Origin: Octopus vulgaris
Taxonomy: Eukaryota
Direction: 5' to 3'
DNA length: 64,000 nucleotides
Assembly: GCA_951406725.2 (NCBI GenBank)
Contig: OX597829.1
Location: 21,762,001 to 21,826,000, forward strand
A model generated the notes under the pieces. The model saw only the letters and a list, made by a program, of their open reading frames with translations. It searched no databases and was not told the DNA's origin. Below, piece by piece: positions 40,390 to 54,511 of the stretch. The position numbers and the translations under genes are program-made. Numbering within the stretch: position 1 is the first letter of the stretch; the number at the start of each line of letters is the position of its first letter.

Positions 40390-42905
40390 TGACGAAAGAC
40401 TTGAGGTATTTCATGTTGCAAGACAGTATGTGAGAGAGAATCGTGATGTGGTAGGAGAGAAATGTGTTCGCATGGATGATGGCTCACTTGCGCTAAATGA
40501 GGATGCAAAGAGAGAGGTTTGGAGACACCCCTATGAAAGGTTGCTGAATAAAGAAAATGAATCGGAGAAAGAGAGTCTGCCAAATGTCAACCCAACAGAG
40601 GGACCAGCTATCCGAGTTGACAGTTCCTTGGTAATTAAGGCAATTAGAAGCATGAAGACAGGGAAATCCCCAAGCCCATCAAGAATTACTGCAGAGATAC
40701 TCAAAATATCTGGTAGTGTCGGCTATAGCCTAGTCACCCGTATAGTTAACCAGGTGATACACGAAGGAGTCATACCCAATGACTGGTGTAGTAGCATAAT
40801 AGTCAACTGCTACAAAGGTAAAGGTGACGCTTTAGATACAAATAATTACAGAGGTATCAATCTGTAATGAATGTTACGGAGAGGGTCATAGCCCAACTGA
40901 TTAGGGAGAGAGTCAGCTTGGATGAGATGCAGTTTGGTTTTGTGCCTGGGAAAAGCACCACTGATGCCATATTTCTGGTAAGACAGCTGCAGGAGAAATT
41001 CCTAGCCAAAGATAAGCCCCTGTACCTGGCTTTTGTTGACATGGAGAAAGCCTTTGATAGGGTCCTCCGATCCTTTATCTGGTGGTCAATGAGGAAACTA
41101 GGGATAGGTGAATGGTTAATGAGAGCTATGCAAGCCATGTACAGGGATGCTGTAAGTAAGGTGAGGGTTGGCAACGAGTACACTGAAGAATTCAGGGTAG
41201 AGGTAGGGTTTCACCAAGGTTCAGTCTTCAGCCCCCTCCTATTTATCATAGTCCTCCAGGCAATAACGGAGGAATTCAAGACAGAATGCCCCTGGGAGCT
41301 CCTCTATGCTGATGACCTTGCTCTAATTGCTGAGTCACTATCAGAACTAGAGAAGTTTCAGGTGTGGAAACAAGGATTAGAATTGAAGGGCCTTAGAGTC
41401 AACCTAGCTAAAACCAAAGTCCTAATCAGTAGGAAAGCAGGCAAACCACAAATCCCTTCAGGTAGATGGCCCTGTTCAATCTGTAGAAGAGGCGTAGGTA
41501 GAAACTCTATAAGATGTACCCAGTGTAAGCTATGGACACATAAGTAATATCAAAGGAAGGCTAACGGGGAAGATAGTTTTTGTTTGTGGCAGATGCTTGG
41601 GAGCAATAAACACTGAAAATGCACAGAGAACAACTTCTGCCACATTCCAGAGAGGAAAACTAGAAGTAGTTGATAGCTTCAATTACCTAGGTGACCAAGT
41701 CAGTAGCTGGGGAGGGTGCGCTGAAAGTGTAACTGCTAAAATAAGAATAGCTTGGGCAAATTCCAGAGAGCTCTTACTTCTGCTTGTGACAAAGGGCCTC
41801 TCACTCAGAGTAAAAGGTAGACTGTATGACACATGTGTACGAATAGCCATGCTACACGGCAGTGAAACATGGGCTGTGACTGCTGAGGACATGCATAAGC
41901 TTGCAAGGAATGAAGCCAGTATGATCCGCTGGATGTGTAATGTCAGTGTGCATACTCGACAGAGTGTAAGTACCTTGAGAGAAATGTTGGACTTAAGAAG
42001 CATCAGATGTGGTGTGCAAGAGAGACGACTGCGCTGGTATGGTCATGTGACAAGAATGGATGAGGACAGCTGTGTGAAAAAGTGCCACGCCCTAGCGGTT
42101 GAGGGAACACGTGGAAGAGGTAGACCCAGGAAGACCTGGGATGAAGTGGTGAAGCACAACCTTCGAACTTTGGGCCTCACTGAGGAAATGACTAGTGACC
42201 AAAACTTTTGGAAATATACTATGCGTGAGAAGACCCAGCAAGCCAAATGAGACCATAATCTCATGGCCTATACCAGGGGCATTACCAGCCCACTTATGCA
42301 TACCTTTTCTTTCTTTGGACATTAAAACTCTGCTTGCAAACACCTGTTGAGGCAAGCGAAATCAAAAATCAAAATTAAAATCAAAATCCAAATCAAATTC
42401 GATGACTGGCGTCCGTGCTAGCGGGGTGCAAAGAGCACCATACAAGTGTGATCATTGACAGAGCGGCTAACCGGCTCCTGTGCCTATGGCACTTAAAAGG
42501 CACCCTTTGAGTGTGATCATTACCAGCATCGCCTTACTGGCACTCGAGCCCCATGTTAGTAGGGTATTAAGAGCACCAACCGAGTGTGATTGTTGCCAGA
42601 GTGGCTATCTGGCCTCCATGCCGGTGGCATGTAAAAGACACCATTCGAGCGTGATCGTTACCAGCATCGCCTTACTGGCACCTGTGCTGGTGGCATGTGT
42701 AAAAGATTCGAGCTGGCCCTGTGCCGGTGGCACGTAAAAGCACCCACTACACTCTTGGAGTGGTTGGCATCAGGAAGGGCATCCAGCTGTAGAAACTCTG
42801 CCAGATCAAGATTAAATCCTGGTGCAGCCATCTGGTTCGCCGGCCCTCAGTCATTCGTCCAACCCATGCTAGCATGGAAAGTGGATGTTAAATGATGATG
42901 AAGAT
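40390..42905 (+). mobile_element. RTE-clade LINE, 5'-truncated: RT, PHD-like insert, C-terminus, 3' UTR, (GAT)n tail
   Basis: QFGFVPGKSTTDAIF, AFVDMEKAFDRV, HQGSVFSPLLF, LLYADDL, RLRWYGHV, RGRGRPRKTW. A few frameshifts; stop at 42248-50. Confidence 0.96.
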
Positions 42906-42908
42906 GAT

Positions 42909-42945
<37 letters not shown>

Positions 42946-43211
42946 TATGAGTTAGAGGTTATGCAACTGTCTAAAGGATAAATGTATCCATAGGCTCTAC
43001 TGGTGCATTACCTAACTATGTATGGGCCTGGCTGTAAAGTTAACAGTAGTTGGTAATTTAAAGGGTAAACTGTGGTTTAATATATTCAGATAAGATAAGA
43101 GATGAAATGGAGCATCATGTAACATTTAGAAGTTGATCTTTAGTGTTGAATGATCATAGTTTAATTATGGTTAAGATAACATTTACAGCTGTTTCAGTAT
43201 TGCTCTCACAT

Positions 43212-43262
43212 CATCTCCAATGAAGGGATATATAAAATATCCCAGAAACAGCTGCAAGACCT
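43212..43262 (+). ncRNA. Degenerate minimal hammerhead ribozyme-like motif
   Basis: TCT-CCAATGA-A-GGGATAT-ATAAA-ATATCCC-A-GAAA-CAGCTG-CA-AGA: perfect 7-bp stem II, palindromic stem III, TCT/AGA stem I. The first core box and the cleavage triplet are mutated. Confidence 0.55.
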
Positions 43263-43892
43263 CTTTTTAAATGTTCTAAAATCTTTCACAGCCTTGGTTT
43301 TTTTATCACATTCTGAACATTTTTTTTTATATATACAGATCTATAATCTATAATTTTGTTTCTTTACATTTGTCTTGCTCGCTTATGTTCTGGGTTCTGG
43401 CGTTTTCTAAATTTTCTTGAGAACATTCGTTTCTTAGTGGTAAGACCATAACAGATCTACTTCTAGCATAAGGGTTGTCCACGTAGTGGTCATCCCTCTT
43501 ATATGTATGTAATATAATTTTCTGAACCTTCAGATCGACAATACTTTTTTCACCCCTAAATATTTATAATTGAATATAAATCCTTAGTTACTATAATTTA
43601 TTAGTTTCTTTTGCATATTCTTAGTTTATGCATGTGTATACAAATATAGTATTGGTATTCCACAAGAGGAATAGATGCAAGATGTGTTGAAACAATTGTT
43701 GTGATTAATAATATATTCTTGTACATTCCATCTTCTGTCTTTCATTTGTTATATAACTAACGATCACTCTAAAAGTGACTGTGCTTTACCAGTAAGCTAC
43801 CAGGTGTAGGCTATTCGTTTTATAATCCATTAATGTATACACACACGTAGCAATAATAAATCTCTGAGCGAAGTATAAACAATAGCTGCAGG

Positions 43893-44203
43893 ATATCATG
43901 AAGTATATTTCCCACTTAAATGTGGCTAACACTTAAGGGTGGATAGTACTATAGCTTGTAGCCCCAGGAGGACACCTCCTCCAGCTGGCTATTGACACAC
44001 TTTCTGTACCCAGAAACCCGGGTACATGTGTATCACACAAAGGTTGAAGATGGGAAGGATGACTTCCCTTTGCAAATACTGATAGGGTACAGAAAGTGTG
44101 TCAATAGCCAGCTGAAGGAGGTGTCCTCCTGGGGCTACAAGCTACAGTAGCATCCAACCTTAAGGGTTAACCACATTTAAGTGGCAAATATACTCCATGA
44201 TAT
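43893..44203. repeat. Foldback element: ~118-bp inverted arms around a ~75-bp spacer
   Basis: 43893-44010 is the reverse complement of 44085-44203 (CCCCAGGAGGACACCTCCT / AGGAGGTGTCCTCCTGGGG). Confidence 0.9.
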
Positions 44204-44325
44204 ATATATATATATATACAGGAGTGGCTGTGTGGTAAGTAGCTTGCTTACCAACCACATGGTTCCCGGATTGTGAGTGGATTTGGTAGACGGAAACTGA
44301 AAAAAGCCTGTCATATATATGTGTT

Positions 44326-44376
<51 letters not shown>

Positions 44377-44846
44377 GCATGCGTGTGTATATGTTTGTGT
44401 GTCTGTGTTTTTCCCCCCAACATCGCTTGACAACCAATACTGGTGTGTTTACGTCCCCGTAACTTAGTGGTTTGGCAAAAGACACCGATAGAATAAGTAC
44501 CAGGCTTCCAAAGAATAAGTCTTGGAATCAATTTGCTCGACTAAAGGTGATGCTCCAGCATGGCCGCAGTCAAATGACTGAAACAAGTAAAAGAGTATAT
44601 ATGTATATATATATATATGTATATAGAGAGAGAGAGATGGCATATGTACGTGTTCCTCCATCTTTACACTATTTTAAAAAATCATAAGATTATGAAACCT
44701 TATTAATGTAAATAAATCTTCTTTTCTACTTATCTGAAAAGAATATTCATTCTGTATGTATGCACATATGTGTATATAGAAATATACATTGATTCATAGA
44801 TACATACTTAACTACATACACATGGACACACATACACACACACATA

Positions 44847-45243
44847 TCTTTATATATAAAAGTAAGGTTGTGTGTCTGTCTCCTACGATTTAGATTCCTA
44901 ACTACTCCCACGTTTTGCGGTCCAGTTTAACCAAAAGCGGGTATCTTATAGTCGTGAATCATATCGAGCCCTTCTGGGTATTAGCGCGCATCTACGATGA
45001 GTCTACGATTTAAAAAAAAATTTACCATCATTTTTTTCCATTTTAATGCATTTTTCGCTATTATATAAGGGAAGTAACTCTCTAAAAATGTCTACGATGA
45101 GTCTATGATTTAAAAAAAAAATTACCATAATTTTTTTTCCATTTTTAGTGCATTTTTTTGCTAATTTTTGGCTATAACTCTCTAATAATGCTTATATAGT
45201 TATTTCCCTTACAAACCCGAGCAACGCCGGGTGATACTGCTAG
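44847..45243 (+). mobile_element. Non-autonomous Helitron (second copy, different interior)
   Basis: Same TC start, same first ~190 bp and same hairpin-CTAG end as 39227-39743. Confidence 0.88.
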
Positions 45244-45555
45244 TATATATATAGAAAGAGGCACCCAATACATACTCTCAAATATATGCAGCATATTCAT
45301 ATAGGTATATGAAGAATTTATATGAAACAATATGATCATACTGTAAATGTTGACTTTCATTAAATAACAAAAATATTCATTCTTGTTACTTTCGCTTTTA
45401 ATAATCAACGCATTTTAATCTCTCTCTCTCTCTCTCACTTTCCACCTCCCTCTCTTCCCTCACCTCCCCTCTCCATCTTCCCATCTCCCCTCCCTTTATC
45501 CTCCGCTATATATAAATACAAATACATCTATGTATATACATATGTATGCATATAA

Positions 45556-45591
<36 letters not shown>

Positions 45592-45659
45592 TTATATGCA
45601 TACATATGTATATACATACACGCACATATGCGTGTATGTGTATATGGACATATATATCT

Positions 45660-45760
45660 GTATTTATATCTATCTATCTATCTCTCTAATTATCTATCTA
45701 TCTGTCTGTCTATCTGTCTGTCTATCTGTCTATCTATCTATCTGTCTATCTGTCTGTCTA

Positions 45761-45811
<51 letters not shown>

Positions 45812-45816
45812 GTCTA

Positions 45817-45879
<63 letters not shown>

Positions 45880-45902
45880 GTCTGTCTGTCTGTCTGTCTG
45901 TC

Positions 45903-45936
<34 letters not shown>

Positions 45937-45944
45937 GCTCTCTA

Positions 45945-45975
<31 letters not shown>

Positions 45976-46000
45976 ATATATATATATATATATATATATA
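45660..46000. repeat. (TCTA)n/(TCTG)n/(CT)n/(TA)n compound microsatellite
   Basis: Directly visible. Confidence 0.95.
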
Positions 46001-47832
46001 GCACATACATGTATTTATCGATTAAATATTGTATATGTAACACTCACACACACACACACACCTGTCTTTTCTTTTCTTTTCTTAAAAGCCATATTCTTTC
46101 CAGCAGATTGCTTTCTAACTTGATTCTTCGTTTTTGTCCTCTGCTTTTATAGATCATATCAATTTTATCTACTTCTTTTTATTTTGTTTACCATTTTTCT
46201 TATTTTCGCTTTTTCATTTCAAAGCAAAATTTCTGAAGCAGGTGGGAGAACACGATGAGTCGAAGAAATGAAGACTTATTTGCATGTTCCTGCACGCAAA
46301 TAGAACCATATAATGTTCCTTTGTTTTTCCACTCTATAAAGAGAAAGGCTTCATTTTTCTGTAATTTTATATTCCATCTCTTGGGAAAGGCCTCAGTTTT
46401 GTACAGCATATCCTATCATATAATTTTGCTCCAAATGGACATGAAACAAGTCACTACCACACAATGAATCTATTGTGTGGTTGTGATTTGATGGCCATGA
46501 TGGTACTGCTGTAGTTGTAGTTGTTTTAGTGTTGTTGTTGTTGTTGTTGTTGTTGTTTAACCCCTGGTCAGCTCAGCTGGACAAGCAGAGCTATGATCAA
46601 ATATATTCTAAACGTAACTTCTGCATCTTTTTACTACGTACACAGAATTCAAGGCCATGTCATCCAGCATATACATTTCTAAGATGGTAGGGTGTGATTT
46701 GTGAAGATGTGTGGCCTAGTGATTAATGATCATGATTCTCGGATTATGGGTTCAATTTTTGGACATGGTGATTGTTCAACAAAGCACCCCATTTCACATT
46801 GTTCCAACACACTCATATATGAAAATGTGTAACATCAGGGGATTAAGCCTGTAATAGATTGGCATCCCTTTTAAGGGTGAGTCTTGTACTTCCCAGCTAG
46901 ACACCATGGAAACCCAGGTAAAAATTCTGGTGTGATGGTCCTGGAAACTGGAGATAGACCTTTGTGCAGGTGGCACATAAAAAACATCATTTGAGTGTGG
47001 CCATTGCCAGTATCGCCTGACTGGCCCTCGTGCTGGTGGCATGTAAAAGCACCCACTACACTCTCAGAGTGGTTGGCGTTAGGAAGGACATCCAGCTGTA
47101 GAAACTCTGCCAGATCAGATTGGAGCCTGGTGCAGCCATCTGGTTCACCAGTCCTCAGTCAAATCGTCCAACCCATGCCAGCATGGAAAGCAGACGTTAA
47201 ACGATGATGATGATGATGATTGTGATTTGAGTGAAATTAGGTTGCTATTTCTTGTATGTCAAATGATTATATTGAGGATCTTGGTCACTATAGGGGTGAC
47301 CCTGTTGATTATAATGTTGATGGAGATTGTGGTCATGATGGTTGTGGTGATGGTAGTTGTGATGATGGTTGCAGGGATGGTCTTGTTGATGATGTTAATG
47401 ATGGCTGTGGGGATGATTTTGTTGAAGATAATGGTTGTGGTGGTGTTGATATTGCTTGTACTGTTATTGTTGTTGTTTTGTGCCTGGTTAGTCCTAAGTT
47501 ATATCTGGAATACCTTTAGTTATAACCAAAGGTGCTCCATATATGACCATCTCCTTTCCTCAGGTATTGCATATCTGGGGTTATATTTACCAACATTTCC
47601 CTCGCTTTTCAAAACAGCTGAGTGTAATTTTCAGATTTGACTAATCTTTCTAGAAGGTCAAGCAGTTGCATTAAAGTTCCCATTGCAGTGGCAGTTTACT
47701 TCATTGCTTTTAACCCCAGGCCAGCCACAATCAAGTGAACATATGATTAAAGGCATTCCAATGATAACAGTCCCAATATTCTCAGACATGGTGTATCTTG
47801 GACTACATTAGCCAATAAGTCTTGTGTTTTAA

Positions 47833-48030
47833 CCCTTTAGCATTCAAATTACCTTGTCAAATTTTATAAAATTAATCTTGTATTATCTCACAGCTTTGAG
47901 ATTCAAAGATGTGATTGTTTATTTATAGAGTGACATTGTAGGGTAGGTGCAAGAGGCTGGATCTGGCTAATTTGAACATAAAACAGGCAGAATATTTGGG
48001 CCAGATATAGCAGGTTTAAATGCCAAAGGG
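47833..48030. mobile_element. piggyBac-type MITE (second family)
   Basis: TTAA|CCCTTTAGCATT ... AATGCCAAAGGG|TCAA. Partial relatives at about 8883, 19296, 24441. Confidence 0.7.
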
Positions 48031-49873
48031 TCAAGCTGCCAGGCTGTGAAAGACATGTGAAAGATTTATCTGCTATCTCTGGTAGATCATGTGACAACAT
48101 AGAGACGTTCTCATTGGATTAGCTGCGATGTTGTTGTTGATGCTACTAAAGATATTGATGGTGGTAATTGTGATGCTGCTGCTGCTTCTGATGCTGCTGC
48201 TGCTGCTGTTGTTGTTGCTTAGCTCCCTTGTTATAGTACTGATGTTGTTTCTCAGTCCAAGGCCAATCTTGATCTAGCAGACCCATAGCCAATTGTGACA
48301 ATCCCATCATGTCGGAGCAATGTGAAGTTAAGTGCTTTGCTGAACAATACACCACATCACCATGTCCAAGAATTGAACCCTCAGTCTAACAATCATGATC
48401 CCAGTCCTTTAATCATACATATTTATTAGACACTAGCTCAAAAGCCACCCACCATGCGGATTTTTAAGCTAGCTCCTGCGGAGGGCTAATTGGACCTGCA
48501 GCCCAGAACTAAAGAGAGCTAATTAGCATGACTATAATACGTCTATAATGACTGGTGGTACATCTATGTGCCCTGGTGGTGTTTGATCAGAGGTTAAAAG
48601 ATGGATGAGAATTAATTCTGTAATGCAATAATTCTATTGTTCCAGTTCCAAGTTGAATTCCAACTGTTGGCCAATTTGTTCCAAAGTTCTTTTCTTGACA
48701 TGAAATTAACAAAGTGAATATCATCTGTCTCTCTTTTGATCTCTGACATCATCTGACAAATGCCAACCAAGATGGCATGAATCAGCCATGCTTTACCTGC
48801 TAGAAATAGCAACCCAAATGCTTTTAAATCAGATCCCAATACTGGATGTTCAGAACCAAATGAAAGGCATATTATCAATCCTGGGATCATCCTGATTCCA
48901 AAAAAGGTATAATATGTCTTTGTAGAGTAAATGTAGACTGAGATACAGGGGTCCCAGACAGACAGGCAGAATTTCGCATTTATTATTATAGAGGTACCTA
49001 TAACTACATTTCTCAATGTCTCATTTTTCCAAAATAATACTGAGTAATTTGAGGAAGATTTGGCTGCAATTTTTTGTAAGGTATACTTGATCATCGAATC
49101 ATGATAGATGTTATTCCTCTGCACTTCTCACTAGTCCCACTCTAAATGCATCCCAGCATCAAGGATGGGGATAATGAAGGTCCAATTAACCCACCGTAGA
49201 ATCTAGTTTAAAGGTCTGCACAGAATAGAGCTTTTAAGCTAGTGTCTAATAAATATGTGTGATTTGTGAAGATGTGTGACTAAAGGACTAGGATCGAAGA
49301 AGGTATTGATGCTGCAGAGAAATTTTTCTTTTTTTGTGTTGTACCAAGTGAAAGAGATAGAGTTTTTAGGATACTGTTATATCAACGCTCAGGGATATTG
49401 TTGCTAGTTTGGGAATATAGTACCAAAGACTGCGAAAACTGATAACCTCTACAGAGTCTTCCACTGGTACCATGAAAACAGGTTGTGGCTCTCACCTGTC
49501 CTGATGGTCTTTTCAAGGTGTTGTTTATTGTGGAGTGATTGGGGGTAAGGATAATGATAAGATACTTTTTGTCAACACTGACAAATAATTGAAGATTACA
49601 TATTGTGGAAGTGAAAAGCCTCATAAATACAAAATACAAGCTTTTGCAATTCTCTTTCTTTTTCTCTCTTTTACTTGTTTCAGTCATTTGACTGTGGCCA
49701 GTGGAGCACTGCCTTTAGTCGAGCAAATCGACCTCAGGACTTATTTTTTGTAAGCCTATTACTTATTCTATTGGTCTCTTTTGCCGAACTGCTAAGTTAC
49801 AAGGATGTAAACACACCACCACCGGTTGTCAAGCGATGTTGGTGGGACAAACACAGAAACACAAACATATACA

Positions 49874-49945
<72 letters not shown>

Positions 49946-50318
49946 TACAACGGGCTTCTTTCAGTTTCCATCTACCAAATCCACTCACAAGGCTTTGGTC
50001 GGCCTGGGGCTATAGTAGAAGACCCTTGCCCAAGGTGCCATGCAGTGGGACTGAACCCGGGAACCATGTGGCTGGTAAGCAATCTACTTACCACACGGCC
50101 ACTCAAAAAAAAATTGAGGCAGGCCATTTTAATAGAATTATGTAAGTGATTTTCAGTTTGATTGAAAGTGTTATCATCTTCATCATCATCATCATTACAT
50201 TGTCGTCGTCATCATCATCATCGTCATCATCATCATCATCATCATCATCATGATTGTCATTGTCATCATCGCCTCCATTGTCGTAGTTGTCATCATCATT
50301 GTCATCACCACCACCACC

Positions 50319-50352
<34 letters not shown>

Positions 50353-52359
50353 TCACCACCACCAATATCAATTCAATATCCATCTTCCATCCTATCAAGG
50401 ATCAGACTGTTTTACAACATCTAATAAGTTGAGGGACTGCATCATGCTCCAGTATTTGCTTAGGCATGGTGTCTATGGTTGGATGTCCTTCCTAATGCAA
50501 ACTGCATTATGAAGTTTCCTTGGTGCTTTCATGTCATCAGCACTAGTTAGGTCACCATGCAACTCGCAAAACTAACACATACAAAACTAAATACACATAC
50601 AAACACACACACACATACACATGCAACACACACATATGTATATAGAGACAGATACACACACACAAAATAAAATGAGAAAAGGAAAGAAAAGAAATGATGC
50701 TTGTCTGATGGGAGATTTTAAGAGATCACTTTTTAGGTGAAGTTTGGGCTTATTTGAGTATTATCAGAGTAATGCAGCTATTTGGTGGTTTTTCAGATAG
50801 TTTAAGAAAAAGATTACAAGCAAAAAGCAGCTTACCAAGAAGGTATAAGAATGATCAGTTATGGTGTGAATATTTTAAAGCTTGTCTGTGATAAGAATAC
50901 GAAACTTGATACTTAACATGACTAATTCCTAACATCTGATTATTGGTAAATACATTGACTGGCATCAAGATAAAGACTTCAGTAATATTCTATGGTTGTA
51001 GTATAATAATCTTGGAAGCCATGACCTATAGCTTACAGACATTGTACTTCTTAAGTTCTTCAATATAAAACAATAACATAAACATAGAAACCGATCCAAA
51101 GCCAAAGAAACAAATGATATGAAAAAGAATGGTGCATCCTGGTACATCTCAAGTCTTCAAGGTAAGTATGTTTATTGTGGAAAAAGAAATTTGATATTCA
51201 TGAAAAAATTCTTTGACGGTAAGTAAAATATTATAAATGGAACCATGAGTGAATGACAGATTTTGTCTTCAGAATATTCATGGATTTGATTAGAAAGAAT
51301 GCTGTCGCTGCTGTTATTGATATTATTGTTATTTATTTCTTTGTTTGTTTCTTTGTTGTTGTTGATCAGCTCTATGTCAAATCTCATGGAGCTGACGAGC
51401 TATGATCAAAGGTGTTCCAACAGTGACATTCTCATTTTTTTTTTTTTTTTATTTCTAGGAGTTCTATGCAGGACAGTATTATTTCATGTGTCTTTTCATT
51501 ATTTAACATAGCAATACGACAGTGAACTGGCAGAGTTGTTACTGGACCTGGCAAAATGCTTAGTGTTATTTCATCCGTCTTTACATTCTGAGTTCAAATT
51601 CCACCGAGGTCGACTTTGCTTTTCATCCTTTCAGGGTTAATGCAATAAGTACCAATTACATATTGGGGTTCATATAGTTGACTAGCCTCTCCACCGAAAT
51701 TTCAGGCCTTGTGCCTTTAGTAGAAAGAATTATTTGACATAGCAGTGAGGTGGCTAGCTGGCAGAACTGTTAGCACACTGGGCAAAATGCTTGGTGGCAT
51801 TTTGCCTGTCTTTACATTCTAAGTTCAAATTATGCTGAGGGCAACTTTGCCTTTCATCCTTTCATGGGTTGATGAAATAAGTACCAATCAAGTATTGTGG
51901 TTGATGTAATCAACTAATTTCCTTCACTCAAAAATTGCTGGCCCAGTGCAAAACTTTGAAACCATTTTGAAACCATAGCAGTGTATGATTTAAGGTAGAT
52001 TTGGTTGTTATTTCTAACAGGTAATCCGGCTACTTCAAAATTTTCCCTTGTTAGCCTGGGTATATCTCATTGGCTCAGAATTAGAAGTATTTTTTTTAAA
52101 ACAGGGGATGTGAATGCCAGGTGAGAATGTGATGAATGCTGACAACAAATAACCATGATAGAAGAAAACCAAGGAGGACAAAGGAAGAAGTGATGGAATA
52201 ATTCTCAGGATGTTGGACTTCGTAGAAGAGATGATTATAACACTGGAATGAAATGATTGATAAGATATGACAGATCTTTCTGAACTATTCTAGCAATTGA
52301 CAAGTGGATGCTTAAACAACGGTGACCGGTGACCGTTGACCGCAATGATGACAGTGCTG

Positions 52360-52382
52360 CTACTGTTGCTGCTGCCCCTGCT

Positions 52383-52436
<54 letters not shown>

Positions 52437-52663
52437 GGTGGTGGTGGTGGTGGTAGTGGTGGCGGCGGCGATGATTATGACGATGATGATGACGATGATG
52501 ATGATGATGATGACACTGCTGACTCTTACTAATGACAACAATGTTGTCATTTCATCACCATCATCATTGTCATCATCCTCGTCGTCGTCATTGGTGTTGT
52601 TGTTATTATTATAATTATCATTATCATTATCATCCTTGTCATCATTATCATCATAATCATCAT

Positions 52664-52699
<36 letters not shown>

Positions 52700-53281
52700 T
52701 ATCATCATAATCATAATCATCAGCATCCCCATTGACATAGTCATTATCATCTTCATCACCATTACCACAACCACCACCATCATCATCATCAGTAGTAGCA
52801 GCAGCATCACCATCATCATCATCATTATCATTATCATCATCATCATCATCATCCTCATCATCATCGTCATCATCATCATCATCATCCTTGTCACCTTCAC
52901 TGCCACCCCACCCCCACTGCCATCACCATCCCCATCATCTTTCTCTTTCTTCTCCCGATGATGATGATGATCATGATCATCATTGTCGTTGTCATTGTTG
53001 TCACCATCGTCGTCATCATCGTTGTCATTGTCATTGTCATCAACACCATCATCATTATCATCATCATCATCATCATCATCATTATCATCATCATCATCAT
53101 TGTCATCATCATCAACACCATTATCATCATCATCAACACCAACATCATCATCATCATAGCCATTTCCATCACTACCACCAACACAACCATCTTTCTCCTC
53201 TTCCTCCTCCTCCTCCTCCTCTTCGTGATGTTGATGATAATCATCATCACCATCATCTCCATTGTCATCACCATCATCATT
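52360..53281. repeat. Long degenerate (CAT/GAT/GGT) trinucleotide array
   Basis: Directly visible. Similar arrays at 50175-50365 and 58560-59100; (GAA)n at 53540-53626. Confidence 0.95.
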
Positions 53282-54511
53282 TAAGGTGAACTGGCCCTAC
53301 CTTCATTTGTTTAGCACTCTTATTTTTTTCCATTATTTCCTATGGTGAGGCATGCACTCTACTTACTGACTTACTTTGGCTAGATTAGCTTCTACTGAAA
53401 GTAGGAATCCTGGCTTTATGGTTTTAATTGGTTACCAAAGAAGAGATGGAACTATAAAAGTTTTGCACCAAACAGTCATAGAAACATCTCAGTACTTAGA
53501 ATAGGCCAATTTTTGCTAGAATGGAAGTAGGGGTGAAGAGGAGGAGGAGGAGGAGGAGAAGAAGAAGAAGAAGAAGAAGAAGAAGAAGAAGAAGAAGAAG
53601 AAGAAGAAGAAGAAGAAGAAGAAGAAGGGAGATGGGAAAAATATATACTAAAACATTAGAAACAAGTTAAAACGAATTTTTCTTAAGTATCAATAATAAA
53701 AGACATCTTTAGCTATCAGGTTGTCAAGAACAATGGCATACATACATGTTCTATCAATTACTGAATGTTTCTTTAAGTATTCTTGTTCTTTCCCTTTTCT
53801 GTCTCCCATTTTCTTCTTTCTTCTTCCTTCATATCATGGTTCTTTGTCCGACAAAGTTGTCTTTGTATTTGAGCTGTTTTTGTCTTTTAGTGGTCATTTC
53901 TGTGCAAACGAAATTCAATATGTGAAATGTTTCCATTTTTCGCTTGTCTATTCAAATATTTTTAAAGGGAGGATAATGATGTATAAACTCCTCTGTACAA
54001 AGGCAGACCCACTAGTAGGATAATGCTGATCAGGGGGGAGGGGGGTGATTTCAGTTTGTCTGTGACAAGCACTAAAATCTAGCTGTCTGTAGATCATGCC
54101 TGTGACACTTTCCATCACCTGAGAGAGATTCTGGAAGAAGCTTCTACGAGCATAAAGATATTTCTTTTCTACAACAATTTTTGTTTTTTGGTGTGCAACA
54201 TTATAATTTTCATTATGCCAGAATTCTGAAGATAAACAAAAAAAGAAGAAAATCAGAGAAGAATGTTGTTGAATCCCAAACTGAATTCATGTATCTGACA
54301 CTAGAAAAAAAATTATCACGGAACAAGTTTTCCCTAGGATGTTTCATATATCAACTTTCTTGGAGTGTTTCATTGAAAGAAAATTGAAAAATTTAACCAA
54401 AAATAATCCAGTGGCATGGAGATTATTTTTGTTTTGCATTAGTTTCCTTTAGTTTTTCAGCTAATTCAGTGTATTTCCAAGACTCCAAATTAAAAACATC
54501 TAAAAGTAATC

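Noticed and set aside
48612-49124. 170-aa minus-strand ORF as a host gene
   Set aside because: No recognisable domain, non-ATG start, and it lies inside an inverted-repeat unit.
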